A program made the translations under genes and the position numbers. Positions 10,030-19,551 of a stretch of 64,000 nucleotides of DNA are shown piece after piece. Source of the DNA: Candidatus Latescibacterota bacterium (GTDB lineage Bacteria > Latescibacterota > UBA2968 > UBA8231). The stretch spans positions 1,632,001-1,696,000 of the forward strand of contig CBDCXV010000001.1 of assembly GCA_965223905.1 (NCBI GenBank). The letters are read 5' to 3'. The notes under the pieces are model-generated. The model saw only the letters and a list, made by a program, of their open reading frames with translations. It did not search any database and was not told the origin of the DNA. Position 1 is the first letter of the stretch. Each line of letters opens with the position of its first letter.

Positions 10030-10899
10030 TCATTTTGAAAGAAAAGTCTGCTTGATGCGCCCCCATGAATCTGCCGAAATCACAGAGCCATACAGAGATT
10101 CCCAATCGTCAGCACAGCACCAATAGGGATGAAGGAGAGCATCGTCAGGCTCTTGAAGTTGGAAATGCGAGGTTATGTTGAATCCTCTACTTTCTGTCCG
10201 ATCGTACTGATCGAGGTCATACATCGTCCAGGACAAGCCAATGATCATACCCGGTTCTAGGTCCTTGACGACAGAGGCTGACCCATCTTCCTCGGAAAAA
10301 GGATCAAATAGCGTCCAGGCCGATTCGATAAACATCCAATGCTCCGGGCGGGTTTTTTCCGGAATGTCGTCAAAACAGAATCTGCAGGGAGGACCGTCCA
10401 TATAGGAAAAGGCGAATGATACATACTCTGTACTCTCATACCACGCAGGTTCGCGGCCGCGAAGGTCAAAGCTCAGTGAGAAATCATGGGTGGTCGGCTC
10501 GTAGCCCATAGACAGGCTGTATCCAGGCATGAAGGTGCCGGAATGGTCAGCGTCAAAATGGAGAACGAACGGATTGGGATCGCTCCACTGGTCGTCGTAT
10601 CGCCATTCCTGTATATACAACTGGCCGGGCTCGCCCCATCCAACCAGAATTTGAGAATACAGGGAATGGGGGTCCGGAGCCTCGTTCTCTTGCGTCCTAC
10701 TCCACTTCGATGAAATCATGTAAGGCCAGAAGCCGGCAAATGTGCTTTCATCCTGCAACGGGAGATCGGGTATGCCATCGATGACAGGCTGAAGCTCTTC
10801 CGGCCACCACCAGAAGACAGGGTAGATTGTCTCTTCGGGCTCGTGAGCTTCCACGCCGTTTAATGACAGAACTATTGCTGATACCAATAAGCGAATCAT
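10030..10899 (-). CDS. Secreted protein, CBM9/DOMON-like sugar-binding fold suspected, C-terminal SWGRIK motif
   Basis: Signal peptide MIRLLVSAIVLSLNGVEAH; FDADHSG, LEPGMIIGLS, YDLD blocks shared with 12986-13858; ends SVISADSWGRIKQTFLSK. Confidence 0.75.
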   Translation of the reverse strand: MIRLLVSAIVLSLNGVEAHEPEETIYPVFWWWPEELQPVIDGIPDLPLQDESTFAGFWPYMISSKWSRTQENEAPDPHSLYSQILVGWGEPGQLYIQEWRYDDQWSDPNPFVLHFDADHSGTFMPGYSLSMGYEPTTHDFSLSFDLRGREPAWYESTEYVSFAFSYMDGPPCRFCFDDIPEKTRPEHWMFIESAWTLFDPFSEEDGSASVVKDLEPGMIIGLSWTMYDLDQYDRTESRGFNITSHFQLQEPDDALLHPYWCCADDWESLYGSVISADSWGRIKQTFLSK

Positions 10900-11055
10900 G
10901 AATCTTCTCCTGTGCGCCCGATCACACCGGCGAGGTGTTAGAGGTGACAGTCCTCTGTGTTGAAGGTGTAGCGAACCACGACAGCCCCGAGTCATGCGTG
11001 TGCGCCGGCAACGGCGCAGGCGAAGCGTTGGCAGGGGGAGGCGTAGGTCTGTAAA

Positions 11056-12605
11056 CCCTAACGTTGCATAAATCTGTTTGAAGGCGGTGGTTGTGATCAG
11101 GCGGCTTCCTTCAGGATTTCGAGGAAATGCAACAGATCTTTTTCAACTTTTGGATTGGAGTTCAGGGTCAGGGTCAACTCGCCCTTGGGCTGAGTGAGGC
11201 GCCCGGCGCGTTGAATGAAGCGATGACGCAGCGTGTCCAAGGTTTGGAAGGTCCACGCCGCCGGACGTTTGCCACGCGAATAGTTCGATCGCGGCTGCGC
11301 CAGCATCTGCATTTCGCGTCCCAGATTGTGGGCCATCATCGCACACAAAGTAACCATCTGGTTGCCGAGCAACCGTCGGGTGGGGATCAGATCCAGCCCG
11401 GCCTGTTGCTTGGCCTCGGCGAAGATCCCTTCCTGGGCGCCGCGGCCATAGTGGAAGAGGAGCACGCTGCGTGGCGAGTTCATCTTGTTGGTAACCACAA
11501 CGCGGTACTCGTGATCGATGTGCCGGGGTTCGAACAGATCCAGTTGCAGCGCTTGCTTGGTCTGACGCGGCACCGCACGGCGCACAAACAGAAACCGGTA
11601 GCAGGCCGGCCAGCTTTCCGGTTTCCAGTCACTCTCGAAATAGGAGCAGTGCTCATCGAGGTAGCGCCAGCGCTGGCGCGCTTCGATCTGGTCCTTGAGT
11701 ACGGGAAAGCGTTCGAAAGGGACACTGATCGTGCATCCGACGCCATACAGGTCCATGAGAGTGAGCGTGTTTTGGCTGAAGAAGGCGCTGTCCAGTCGCG
11801 ACTCGAGCACGGTGGGCGCCAAGGCGTCGCGCACGCGATCGAAGGCGTCCATCATGAACGCATGGGCGTCCTTGCTGTCATGGACGTTGCCGGGCCGGTG
11901 AAGGACATCCAGAAACTGTCCGGTTTGCGCCACCGTGCAGAACAGGTTGTAGTAGCTGCGCGCCCCCTTCTTTTTCGGATTATAGCCAACGGCGGTCCCT
12001 TCGGCATGACCACAGGTGGAGATCACCGAGCCGTCGAAGTCGAGAGTCAGACGGGGGAAGCGCTCACGCTGGAGCGCTTGCATGACCAGGGTCGAAGACA
12101 GGTGTCGCACTTTTGCGATACTTGAATGGCCCATTTTTGCCAGCGCGCGACTGAGGGTGGCCACATCCGGCAGGCGACGTAAGCCCAACAAACGCAGGAC
12201 CACCGGATCGTCCCGGTAATAGTCCACGTCCCGCAGCCGCCGGAAGCCCAGCAACAGATGCACGATGAGCAACAACACAATGACATGGGGAGCAAAGGTC
12301 GCTGCGCTTTTGGCGGGGAAGCAGGACTTCAGTCGAGTCTTTAGATGCAAGCGCCGAAAGAGCAGTTGAAAAACGATCACTCCCGCAAAGGAAGTAAGCC
12401 GTTGATCTTCGAAGCGAAGACGCGGGAGCTTGTGAAAACGGGCCAAAATGTCTTGTTTTCTGAACCTCACTTGCGGTGTCCTCCTGGAAGGGGTCGATAC
12501 AGGTCATGGGTGACAGTATCAAATACCCCCTTTTTCAGAGGGCGCCGCAAGTGACAAGGTGCACTCCGGAGAAGAAAAAAGCCCTGTTTTTATGCAACCA
12601 GAGGG
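11056..12605 (-). mobile_element. IS1380-family insertion sequence
   Basis: Ends CCCTAACGTTGCATAAA / CCCTCTGGTTGCATAAA (reverse complement of 12589-12605) enclose the transposase. Confidence 0.9.
11097..12470 (-). CDS. IS1380-family transposase, intact
   Basis: LTSFAG, LTLDFDGS, GYNPKKKGARSY, RLDSAFF, YGRGAQEGIFAEAK motifs. Confidence 0.93.
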   Translation of the reverse strand: MRFRKQDILARFHKLPRLRFEDQRLTSFAGVIVFQLLFRRLHLKTRLKSCFPAKSAATFAPHVIVLLLIVHLLLGFRRLRDVDYYRDDPVVLRLLGLRRLPDVATLSRALAKMGHSSIAKVRHLSSTLVMQALQRERFPRLTLDFDGSVISTCGHAEGTAVGYNPKKKGARSYYNLFCTVAQTGQFLDVLHRPGNVHDSKDAHAFMMDAFDRVRDALAPTVLESRLDSAFFSQNTLTLMDLYGVGCTISVPFERFPVLKDQIEARQRWRYLDEHCSYFESDWKPESWPACYRFLFVRRAVPRQTKQALQLDLFEPRHIDHEYRVVVTNKMNSPRSVLLFHYGRGAQEGIFAEAKQQAGLDLIPTRRLLGNQMVTLCAMMAHNLGREMQMLAQPRSNYSRGKRPAAWTFQTLDTLRHRFIQRAGRLTQPKGELTLTLNSNPKVEKDLLHFLEILKEAA

Positions 12606-12905
12606 TAGAGCCCTTCTCGCCGTCGAGGACAACCAGTAGTCCGGCTTCGTACTGCAACCCCCGCTCGACCAACTCGGACAGAAACCGGCGGCAGACCCGC
12701 TCGTTCTCGGTGGCCGCCTGCACGAAGCCCAGAGGAATCTTTCTGTCCGTCCAGGGTGACGCCCAGAGGAGCGATGAGGATCTCCTCGCCTGTCTGCTTC
12801 AGGCAGGTCGGCGAAGCTCTTGCCGTCGAGGAACAGCGCCACCAGGTCGTATACTTCCAGGGATCGCTCCTGGAATTCGCCAGCTTTCAGAGCCGTGCCT
12901 TTCAC
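12606..12905 (-). mobile_element. IS256-family transposase remnant, upstream half
   Basis: ERSLEVYDLVALFLDGKSFA...LGFVQAATENERVCRRFLSELVERGL...LLVVLDGEKG with frameshifts. Confidence 0.82.
12789..12807. repeat. 19-bp palindromic insert CCTGTCTG-CTT-CAGGCAGG within the IS256 remnant
   Basis: Imperfect inverted repeat; removing it restores DGKSFADEEILIA. Confidence 0.65.
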
Positions 12906-12985
12906 GTAGCGAGTCCTGTTCGTTCAGGAGGTTTACTTGAAATGATACCAATATCGGTCGGGATCCGTGCTGCTTCCCCCTTGCT

Positions 12986-13858
12986 GTGCTCGCCACACTG
13001 CAGCCAGCTCAGAGCCATGTTGGGGATCGCGTCTATCCCATTTACGAGTTGACCGAGGAGATGGTCGCACAGATCGATGTCAAGGACGGGTTGCTGGATG
13101 AGTGGACGGAAAGAGAACCCACATTGACACTATTGGATTTCGAACTGAAACCGTATGTGTCCGATATCGCATCGTTTGATCCGGCTGATCTGGATTTCAG
13201 GATCTGGCTTGGTTGGACCCGGTCGCCCAGTCGGATCTATGTTGCTGCAATAATGGCAGATGATGTCTACGTAAACGACTACGAGGGCCCTGAAAAATCG
13301 AGCTTTTCGATGCTCGCCAACGACTCGATGGCGCTGTTGATCGATGCTGACCACAGCGGTGGATCTTCTAGGCCCAACAACCAGCCGGGAGCTGACGCTG
13401 AGAGAATTTTTGAAGCTTCAAACGCGCAATGGTACGACGCTTTGTCTGAAGCACCTGGGGATGGGAACCTTGAAATACGTGCCATCGACAAGCGCGGTTG
13501 GCCGGTTCGTCCACCGTTTGGAGACGGCGGAGGGGGTGTGCAAAGCGAGAATCCTGTATTCTGGGTGACGGAATTTTACGTGACTCCGTTCGCGCACTTC
13601 GACTATGAAGACCAACAAGCAAGTGCAAGGTACGAACTGGTTCCAGGCCGAATTGTCGGATTTCGATTGCTGGTGCAAGACCGCGATTCCGGTGACTTCC
13701 CTCCCGGGAAGTACGATTTACCGGTCTGGGATCTGGAGTTGGAGTTCACGGCGGATGGGTTCGTCGACGGGCTCTTGGTGGGCGTCGGCGATGGGATTGA
13801 CGACAGTGCCGTGCACGCGAATTCCTGGGCCCGAATCAAGGCGTCGTTGAGTCGCTGA
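12986..13858 (+). CDS. Secreted CBM9/DOMON-like protein with C-terminal SWARIK motif; signal-peptide region probably damaged
   Basis: LAVLATLQPAQS|HVGDRVYPIYEL; IDADHSGG; ends DSAVHANSWARIKASLSR. Starts next to the AGGAGG RBS (12926) are out of frame. Confidence 0.75.
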   Translation: MLATLQPAQSHVGDRVYPIYELTEEMVAQIDVKDGLLDEWTEREPTLTLLDFELKPYVSDIASFDPADLDFRIWLGWTRSPSRIYVAAIMADDVYVNDYEGPEKSSFSMLANDSMALLIDADHSGGSSRPNNQPGADAERIFEASNAQWYDALSEAPGDGNLEIRAIDKRGWPVRPPFGDGGGGVQSENPVFWVTEFYVTPFAHFDYEDQQASARYELVPGRIVGFRLLVQDRDSGDFPPGKYDLPVWDLELEFTADGFVDGLLVGVGDGIDDSAVHANSWARIKASLSR

Positions 13859-13896
13859 AATAATGCTGCCCCCCAGCTCGGCCAAGGAGGTGTACC

Positions 13897-14040
13897 GTGG
13901 CGGTTTGCTTCGTGGTGATTCTGCTCTGCCTGTGTATGGCATCAAGGCCATCTCAGGTGTACCCGATCCCCGAAATCACAGATGAGATGATGCAGGAGCT
14001 CGACCTGGCCGACGGACACACCGAGGAATGGACGGAGTTG
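13897..14040 (+). pseudogene. 5' fragment of a third paralog of the SWxRIK family
   Basis: QVYPIPEITDEMMQELDLADGHTEEW matches RVYPIYELTEEMVAQIDVKDGLLDEW. Confidence 0.75.
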
Positions 14041-14181
14041 AACTGTGGTGAACAGTATTTCGAAGCTCGCGTATTGAAGGGTATAGAAAAGAAATTCAAC
14101 GAACTCCACGTCCATGGAAGCAAGGCGAGCAAGGCGGTTCAAGTTCCCGTTGAACATTTCCTGGATCTGCACCAGGTCTGA
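14041..14181 (+). pseudogene. 3' fragment of a YgiT-type zinc-finger protein
   Basis: NCGEQYFEARVLKGIEKKF resembles the second YgiT knuckle (CxxCGExYF); usual partner of DUF4258. Confidence 0.55.
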
Positions 14182-14190
14182 AGTATCCCG

Positions 14191-14292
14191 CCTGACCGTC
14201 GAACTCCCCCCCCCCCCCGCATGGAGATCCCCCTCGACCTAGGGACGGAGCGGTACGTCAGCGAGCCCTCATACCGCAACGGACCGTTCTAA
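14191..14292 (+). pseudogene. Orphan 3'-end copy of gene 3885-5831, with a C13 tract
   Basis: LTVELPP/MEIPLDLGTERYVSEPSYRNGPF* vs LTVELPPGMEIRLDLETERYVNQPSYHNGPF*. Confidence 0.88.
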
Positions 14293-14422
14293 CTGGAGCT
14301 TTACCCCCCTGCCACCGGGGGACGGACAAGCCGTAGCCCGCAGGTCGGCACCGGCTCGGCGGTCTCCGGCGCTTCGGGTGCTCCACCTCGTCCCGGCCGC
14401 CGCCGGGCGCGGAAGGACCCGG

Positions 14423-15409
14423 TCAGGAGCGCTGGATCATCTCGATGATCGGACCTTCGAGCCTGCTCATCGGGTGCTCGAGCGCCTCGGCCCGCATCTG
14501 CTCGAGCCGCTTCGTCGCCTCGACGTGGCCGTCGGTGAATTCCTTGACGAAGGCCCCACCCATGATGTCGTCGACGAGAAACGAGCGCGCCTTTTCGCGG
14601 ATCTCGTCGTTGAGCAGCTCCTTCGCCCTTGTCATGGTCCCGTACTGGCTGGTCGTCGAGTGGTAGCGCATCTGCTTGTAGATGCCGTAGCGCGCCATCA
14701 GCGAGAAGACCTCGGCGTTCTCGGTCGAGGCGTAGAGCACCATGATGATCTCCTCCGGGGGAAGGCCCTTGTCGACGGCGAGCTCGAAGCAGAACTCGAG
14801 CCAGGCGTGGATGCCGGCCCACACGACCTGCTCGGTGTAGAGGTTGACGTACGCCTCTCCGAGGAAGGAGGACTCGTAGATCCCCGCCCGCGTCAGCCCC
14901 ATCCCCTTGCACAAAGCCATCGCCGTCTCGCGCGCCGTGCCGGTGGCGTCCCGCTCCACCGCGAACTGCCCGACGCCGCCGCCGCCGGCCTCGAAGCGCT
15001 CGCGCACGATGTTGCCCATCATGATCGGGGCGATCATGATGGCGTCGGCCTCCGCGGGCGGCGCGATCACCTTGTAGCCGACGTTGTAGCCGCTTCCCCA
15101 GCAGAGGGTGTCCCCCGCCTCGATGCCCGGGGCTATGTGCTCGTCCCAGATGAAGGGCATCGACTCGTCGGTGGTCAGCACCAGCAGGATGTCCCCCGCC
15201 CCGGCCGCATCGAGCAGCGGCACCGGCTCCCATCCTTCCTTCCTCGCCAGCTCGCCGTACTCGTCGTCGCGGTTGCCGACGATCACCTCCATGCCGCTGT
15301 CGCGCAGGTTGAGGGCCTGCGCCCGCCCCTGGTTGCCGTAGCCGAGAACGGCAATGGTCCGCCCCTGCAGGACGTCGAGGGTCACGTCGTCGTCGTGGTA
15401 GATCTTCAT
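14423..15409 (-). CDS. Ketol-acid reductoisomerase (IlvC)-like protein with divergent active site
   Basis: LGYGNQGRAQALNLRDSG Rossmann motif, EQVV, STTSQYG; several catalytic positions altered. Confidence 0.85.
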   Translation of the reverse strand: MKIYHDDDVTLDVLQGRTIAVLGYGNQGRAQALNLRDSGMEVIVGNRDDEYGELARKEGWEPVPLLDAAGAGDILLVLTTDESMPFIWDEHIAPGIEAGDTLCWGSGYNVGYKVIAPPAEADAIMIAPIMMGNIVRERFEAGGGGVGQFAVERDATGTARETAMALCKGMGLTRAGIYESSFLGEAYVNLYTEQVVWAGIHAWLEFCFELAVDKGLPPEEIIMVLYASTENAEVFSLMARYGIYKQMRYHSTTSQYGTMTRAKELLNDEIREKARSFLVDDIMGGAFVKEFTDGHVEATKRLEQMRAEALEHPMSRLEGPIIEMIQRS

Positions 15410-15519
15410 GATCGCTCTTCTCCCGGGTTTTCAGTCGCGTTAGCTTTGCCAACGGACCAGGTTTTCCGCTTACGCAAGCGATACCGCGCGGCGCGGGCAA
15501 GCCGCCCAGGAGGCACGGG

Positions 15520-16329
15520 ATGATTACCAGTCTGACCCCATCGCAGATCGACGCATACGAAGAGGACGGGTATCTCCTGCTCCCCGGTTTCCTCGACGAT
15601 GGGGAGCTCGAGCGCTGGCGCCGGGCCGTCGACGACGGCGTCGCCCGTCTCGTCGGCAACGCCGACCCCGGGATCAAGCTCTTCGACAACCAGAACCGCG
15701 ACGACTACTACAGGGACGTCTTCGTCCAGTGCGTCAACATGTGGAAGGGGAGCGGGCAGGTGCGCGAGCTCGTCCTCGACGAACGGCTGGGCAGGCTCGC
15801 GGCCGAGCTCGTCAGCGCCTCCGGCATGCGCCTGTATCACGACCACGCGCTGATAAAGAAGCCGTGGGCCAACCCGACCAACTGGCACCTCGACAACCCG
15901 TCCGACCCCTACTTCTCGCACCAGTCGACGATGCTGTGGATCGCCCTCGACGCCGCCGCCCTTCAGAACGGCTGCCTCTACTTCCTTCCCGGCTCCCACA
16001 AGTCGAGCCGTTTCGAAAGGGTGCCGGCGCTCAGCGAGACGCGGATCGACGCCCTCTTCGAGCATTACCCGGAATGGCGCGGCATCGAGCCGGTCGCGGT
16101 CGAGGCCAGGGCCGGGGACGCGGTCTTCATCAGCGGCCTGATCGCCCACGCCGCGGGCCCCAACATGAGCCGCCGGCCGCGGCGGGCTTTCGCCATCCTC
16201 TTCATGCAGGAAGGAGCGACCTTCAGCGGGCGGCAGAGCGCCCTTCCCGACGCCGTCTTCTCCCGCCTCGAGATCGGCGACGTCATCGCCGACGACGAGC
16301 ACCTGCCGCTGCTCTGGTCCCGGAGCTGA
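15520..16329 (+). CDS. Phytanoyl-CoA dioxygenase (PhyH)-family Fe/2OG oxygenase
   Basis: WHLD, WIALD, NGCLYFLPGSH, HAAGPN...R. Confidence 0.92.
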   Translation: MITSLTPSQIDAYEEDGYLLLPGFLDDGELERWRRAVDDGVARLVGNADPGIKLFDNQNRDDYYRDVFVQCVNMWKGSGQVRELVLDERLGRLAAELVSASGMRLYHDHALIKKPWANPTNWHLDNPSDPYFSHQSTMLWIALDAAALQNGCLYFLPGSHKSSRFERVPALSETRIDALFEHYPEWRGIEPVAVEARAGDAVFISGLIAHAAGPNMSRRPRRAFAILFMQEGATFSGRQSALPDAVFSRLEIGDVIADDEHLPLLWSRS

Positions 16330-16333
16330 AGCG

Positions 16334-17101
16334 ATGCGCCGAAACCAGGTTCTCGAGAAGCTGCGGGCGGACCGGCCGGTCCTGGGGGCGATGCTCGGAC
16401 TGGGATCACCCAACGTCGCCGAGCTGATGGCGATGGCCGGGTACGATTTCCTCATCATCGAGACCGAGCACAACGGCCTCGACAGCGCCCAGGTCGAGCA
16501 CATGCTGATGGCCATCGGCCGGGAGGCGGTCCCGATCGTGCGCGTGCCGAGCGCCGACCCGGTGTTCATCCAGCGGTCGCTCGACATCGGCGGCATGGGC
16601 ATCCTCGTGCCGATGGTGCGCACCGCGGAGGAGGCCGCCGCCATCGTCGCCGCCACCCGCTACCCGCCGGAAGGCACGCGCGGGTTCGGCCCATTGCGCG
16701 CCTCGCGGTACACCTTCGACTACGACGACTACTACACCAGCGCCGGCGACAACCTGCTGGTGTCCCTGATCGTCGAAACCAGGGAGGCGCTGGATAATCT
16801 CGACGAGATAGCGTCGGTCCCCGGGGTCGACGCCCTCTTCTTCGGCCTCTTCGATCTCTGCCTGTCGCTGGGGCTCAACCCGATGCAGCAGCCGTTCCCC
16901 GAGCTCGAGGAGGCGATGGAAGCCGCGGCCGCGATCGGCAGGGAGCGGGGCGTGGCGATCGGCGTCGGGGTCCCCTCGCCCGAGGAGCTGCGGCGCCGCA
17001 ACGACATGGGCTTCAGGTTTCACGTGTACGGCACCGACTACATGCTGCTCGGGGCCGCGGCCAGGGCTGGGGTGGAAGCCTTCCGCAGCCTGGAGGGGTA
17101 G
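16334..17101 (+). CDS. HpcH/HpaI aldolase family protein
   Basis: IETEH, VRVP, LDIG, RYPPEGTRGFG, IVET, GLFDL. Confidence 0.92.
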   Translation: MRRNQVLEKLRADRPVLGAMLGLGSPNVAELMAMAGYDFLIIETEHNGLDSAQVEHMLMAIGREAVPIVRVPSADPVFIQRSLDIGGMGILVPMVRTAEEAAAIVAATRYPPEGTRGFGPLRASRYTFDYDDYYTSAGDNLLVSLIVETREALDNLDEIASVPGVDALFFGLFDLCLSLGLNPMQQPFPELEEAMEAAAAIGRERGVAIGVGVPSPEELRRRNDMGFRFHVYGTDYMLLGAAARAGVEAFRSLEG

Positions 17102-17225
17102 CGGTTTTCAGCGCCGGCAGGTGCAAGTGGTGAGGGGAGATGCGAGCCTTCGGGTATTCCTCCTGAACGGTGTCAGAATGCGATGGCTCGGATTGAGCAC
17201 CATAGTGGACGATCAATCTCGATTA

Positions 17226-18257
17226 ATGCATGAGACGGAGACCGAAACTTTGAAGTCTGCCCGGTGGGAATTTGGTTTTTTGTCAGAATCTATTTCCGCC
17301 AACTTCGACGGTTGGCGGATAGAACCCCTTGATGATTTCGCAGGAATTCTGGAAGAGTGGAACAAGCGGTCTGATCCCAAAGGTTGGGTTCTTCCCCCAA
17401 TCATCGAGCAGGTCAAGGTCAAACGAACTCCGGAGGGGGAAGAAGTCGAGGATGTCGTACCCAATACACGTAGTTCGGCAAACTTATGGCGTATGCCTGG
17501 GAGTCATTCTCTCATATATGAGGGTAGGGAACCACCCGCTCAGGAATCCACCAAACCTGGAGCACCTTACTTTATCGTGCAGTTTTTGGGAGCGATCAAT
17601 GGCTGTGAACTTCAGCTCTCTAACTGGTGGGTAAGTGGGAAAAAACGCCTGAAGCCACGAGGCTTCCTTCATCCCGTGGACGATGCCCTCAACCACTGCC
17701 TGTCCATGGCTTATGCCTGGTACGATGCACAGGACGATCATATTACGGGGAGCGGTAAATAGGTGACATAGATGGCACCATTTCCCCTTCGAGAGTGTTG
17801 TAAACTTTCAATTACTCCCCGTAGTAGTAGAAGAGTAATCAGCAGTAGCCTATTCATACATTCTCACAGCGAGTCTTACGAATTCTCATGGGAACGCTTC
17901 CTGTGGCAACACACCGCCTTCGAGGGGTGTTTCCACTTGGCGAAGAAGGTGCATGGGATGGAAGCCGGTGGCCGAAGGAACCGTTTTCAGGTTTTTTCCG
18001 AACACTTCGGCCTGCGACCCGACGCAGAGCAGTTCAAGACGTTTAGCCACATCAGGAATGAGCTCGTTCACGAAGTGATGTGGGGAGATCAGGTGCCAGG
18101 ATTTGGTGGCGAGGGTCAGCCTTGGAACCAAACCATCTACTTGGCCAACTTCACAACTCTTGCTCTTTTAGCCGTGATGAATGTAAAGACACCAAGTCTT
18201 CAAATGAATTGGAATACACGCTCTCGCATAGTCCTTGGACCTCCGAACAGCAGATAG
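17226..18257 (+). pseudogene. HEPN-motif protein (defence RNase-like), interrupted by an 82-bp element
   Basis: Lower GC. Two same-frame ORFs join into 315 aa after excision; RNELVH (Rx4H) near the C-terminus. Confidence 0.65.
17743..17824. mobile_element. 82-bp MITE-like element (IS630-type signature)
   Basis: Ends TTACGGGGAG / CTCCCCGTAG (9/10 inverted), flanked by TA at 17741-42 and 17825-26. Confidence 0.75.
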
Positions 18258-18493
18258 AGAGGTGGAGCTATTTTTGGACAGTCGAACAGCAGTGTCACGG
18301 TGGATTCATTGGTATCTGGTCCCCTGTCCTTCTTGTTGGGGCGTTCCTCCCTGAGATCTGCACCCTGCGGGATACCGGTTTCCTGCCTCGACACCGGTAT
18401 GGTCCACTTTCCTTTACCGGCTGGTGACCGAGTAGAGCGTTCAGACCCGTAAGCTCACCCTGCTGCGGTGACTTGGTGCGACTGCCGTTTCCC

Positions 18494-19551
18494 CTACTCC
18501 AGGTCCAGCTCCACCTTCTCGATGCAGATCCCTTCGCCGCCTTCCTCGAGTTTCACCGTCAGCAGGTTCTCCCCGCTCGCCAGCGCCACGCCGGCAACCG
18601 GGTACACCAGCCAGCCCTCGTCGACCGCGGCCAGGCGCAGGCGGATGTTGTTGAAGCGGACCTCCAGCCGCTCGGCGGTCGACCTCGACATGGGAACGGT
18701 GTACAGGCCGTCCCCCCAGACGTAGGGATTGCGCCGGATCAGCCCGCTGCCGATCCGCTCTTCCTCCGGTCCGTCCTCGGCCTCGTCCGATGCCAGCAGG
18801 CGCAGCCGCGCCTCGCAGCTTCCCAGACTCTGCTCCGGTTCCCCGACGTACAGCTTGAAGTAGGTGACCCCCTTGCCGTGACGCCCCAGCCGCGCCGGCA
18901 GCGGAGCCAGGGCATTGGCATTCTGGAACGCGTGGATGACTGTGATCCCCTCTTCGGGATAGCCGAACTCCCACGGGGCTCCGCCGGAGCGCCGCTGTAG
19001 CGCGAAGGTCTTTTTCTTTCCAGACAGCTTCTCCGGATCGTCCGCCTCCGACAGAAATGTCCGGTTCGTGTCCCAGTCTTGAAGATGGCAGGGGCTCACC
19101 GGCTTCCGCCGCAGTCCGGCCTCTTCCACGGCGCGCTCGTCCGAGCACCGGAAGTTGAACACGGCGATGCCGTCCGCCCCCTGGTGCCACCACTTCGAGG
19201 CCAGTCCGCGCACAGGACGGGCAGCGGCGTGCATTTGTACCGTCCCTCGAGCCCGCGCTGACGCGACAGGGACACCACCTGCGGCAGGAAGTCGTTGCCG
19301 GCGTCGAGCCACTCCTTCAGACCGGGGGAGTGGGGCAGGAACCTGCTCGGGTAGCAGGCCATGGCCCCGTCGACGTCCCACAGCACCGAGTCGAACCGGA
19401 ACTCCTCCCAGCGCGTGAAGTCGAGGACCACCTCGGCGTACTCCTGCGGCGACAGCAGCGAGGGCCGGTAGCCGAAGAATCCAGGGTCGTTGTGGTTCAG
19501 CAGCCGGCGCGGGCGCGCCACGCAGTCCTCGTGCTCTTTTTCCAGGTTCAC
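18494..19551 (-). pseudogene. Glycoside hydrolase-like (GHL10/DUF187-like TIM barrel) gene with internal deletion near 19245
   Basis: N-terminus RRLLNHND...SVLWD...RQRGLE jumps with a frame change to RGLASKWWHQGADGIAVFNF...IEKVELDLE; same layout as 53548-55128. Confidence 0.6.

Noticed and set aside
14206-14218. C13 tract as a phase-variation switch
   Set aside because: Lies in an orphan gene tail with no start; decay or homopolymer error is more likely.
17102-18493. Host 3'-end duplication around the HEPN module (also sought around the Mad3/4-like and NTase/HTH modules)
   Set aside because: Searched by eye and found none, so only two cassettes support that pattern.
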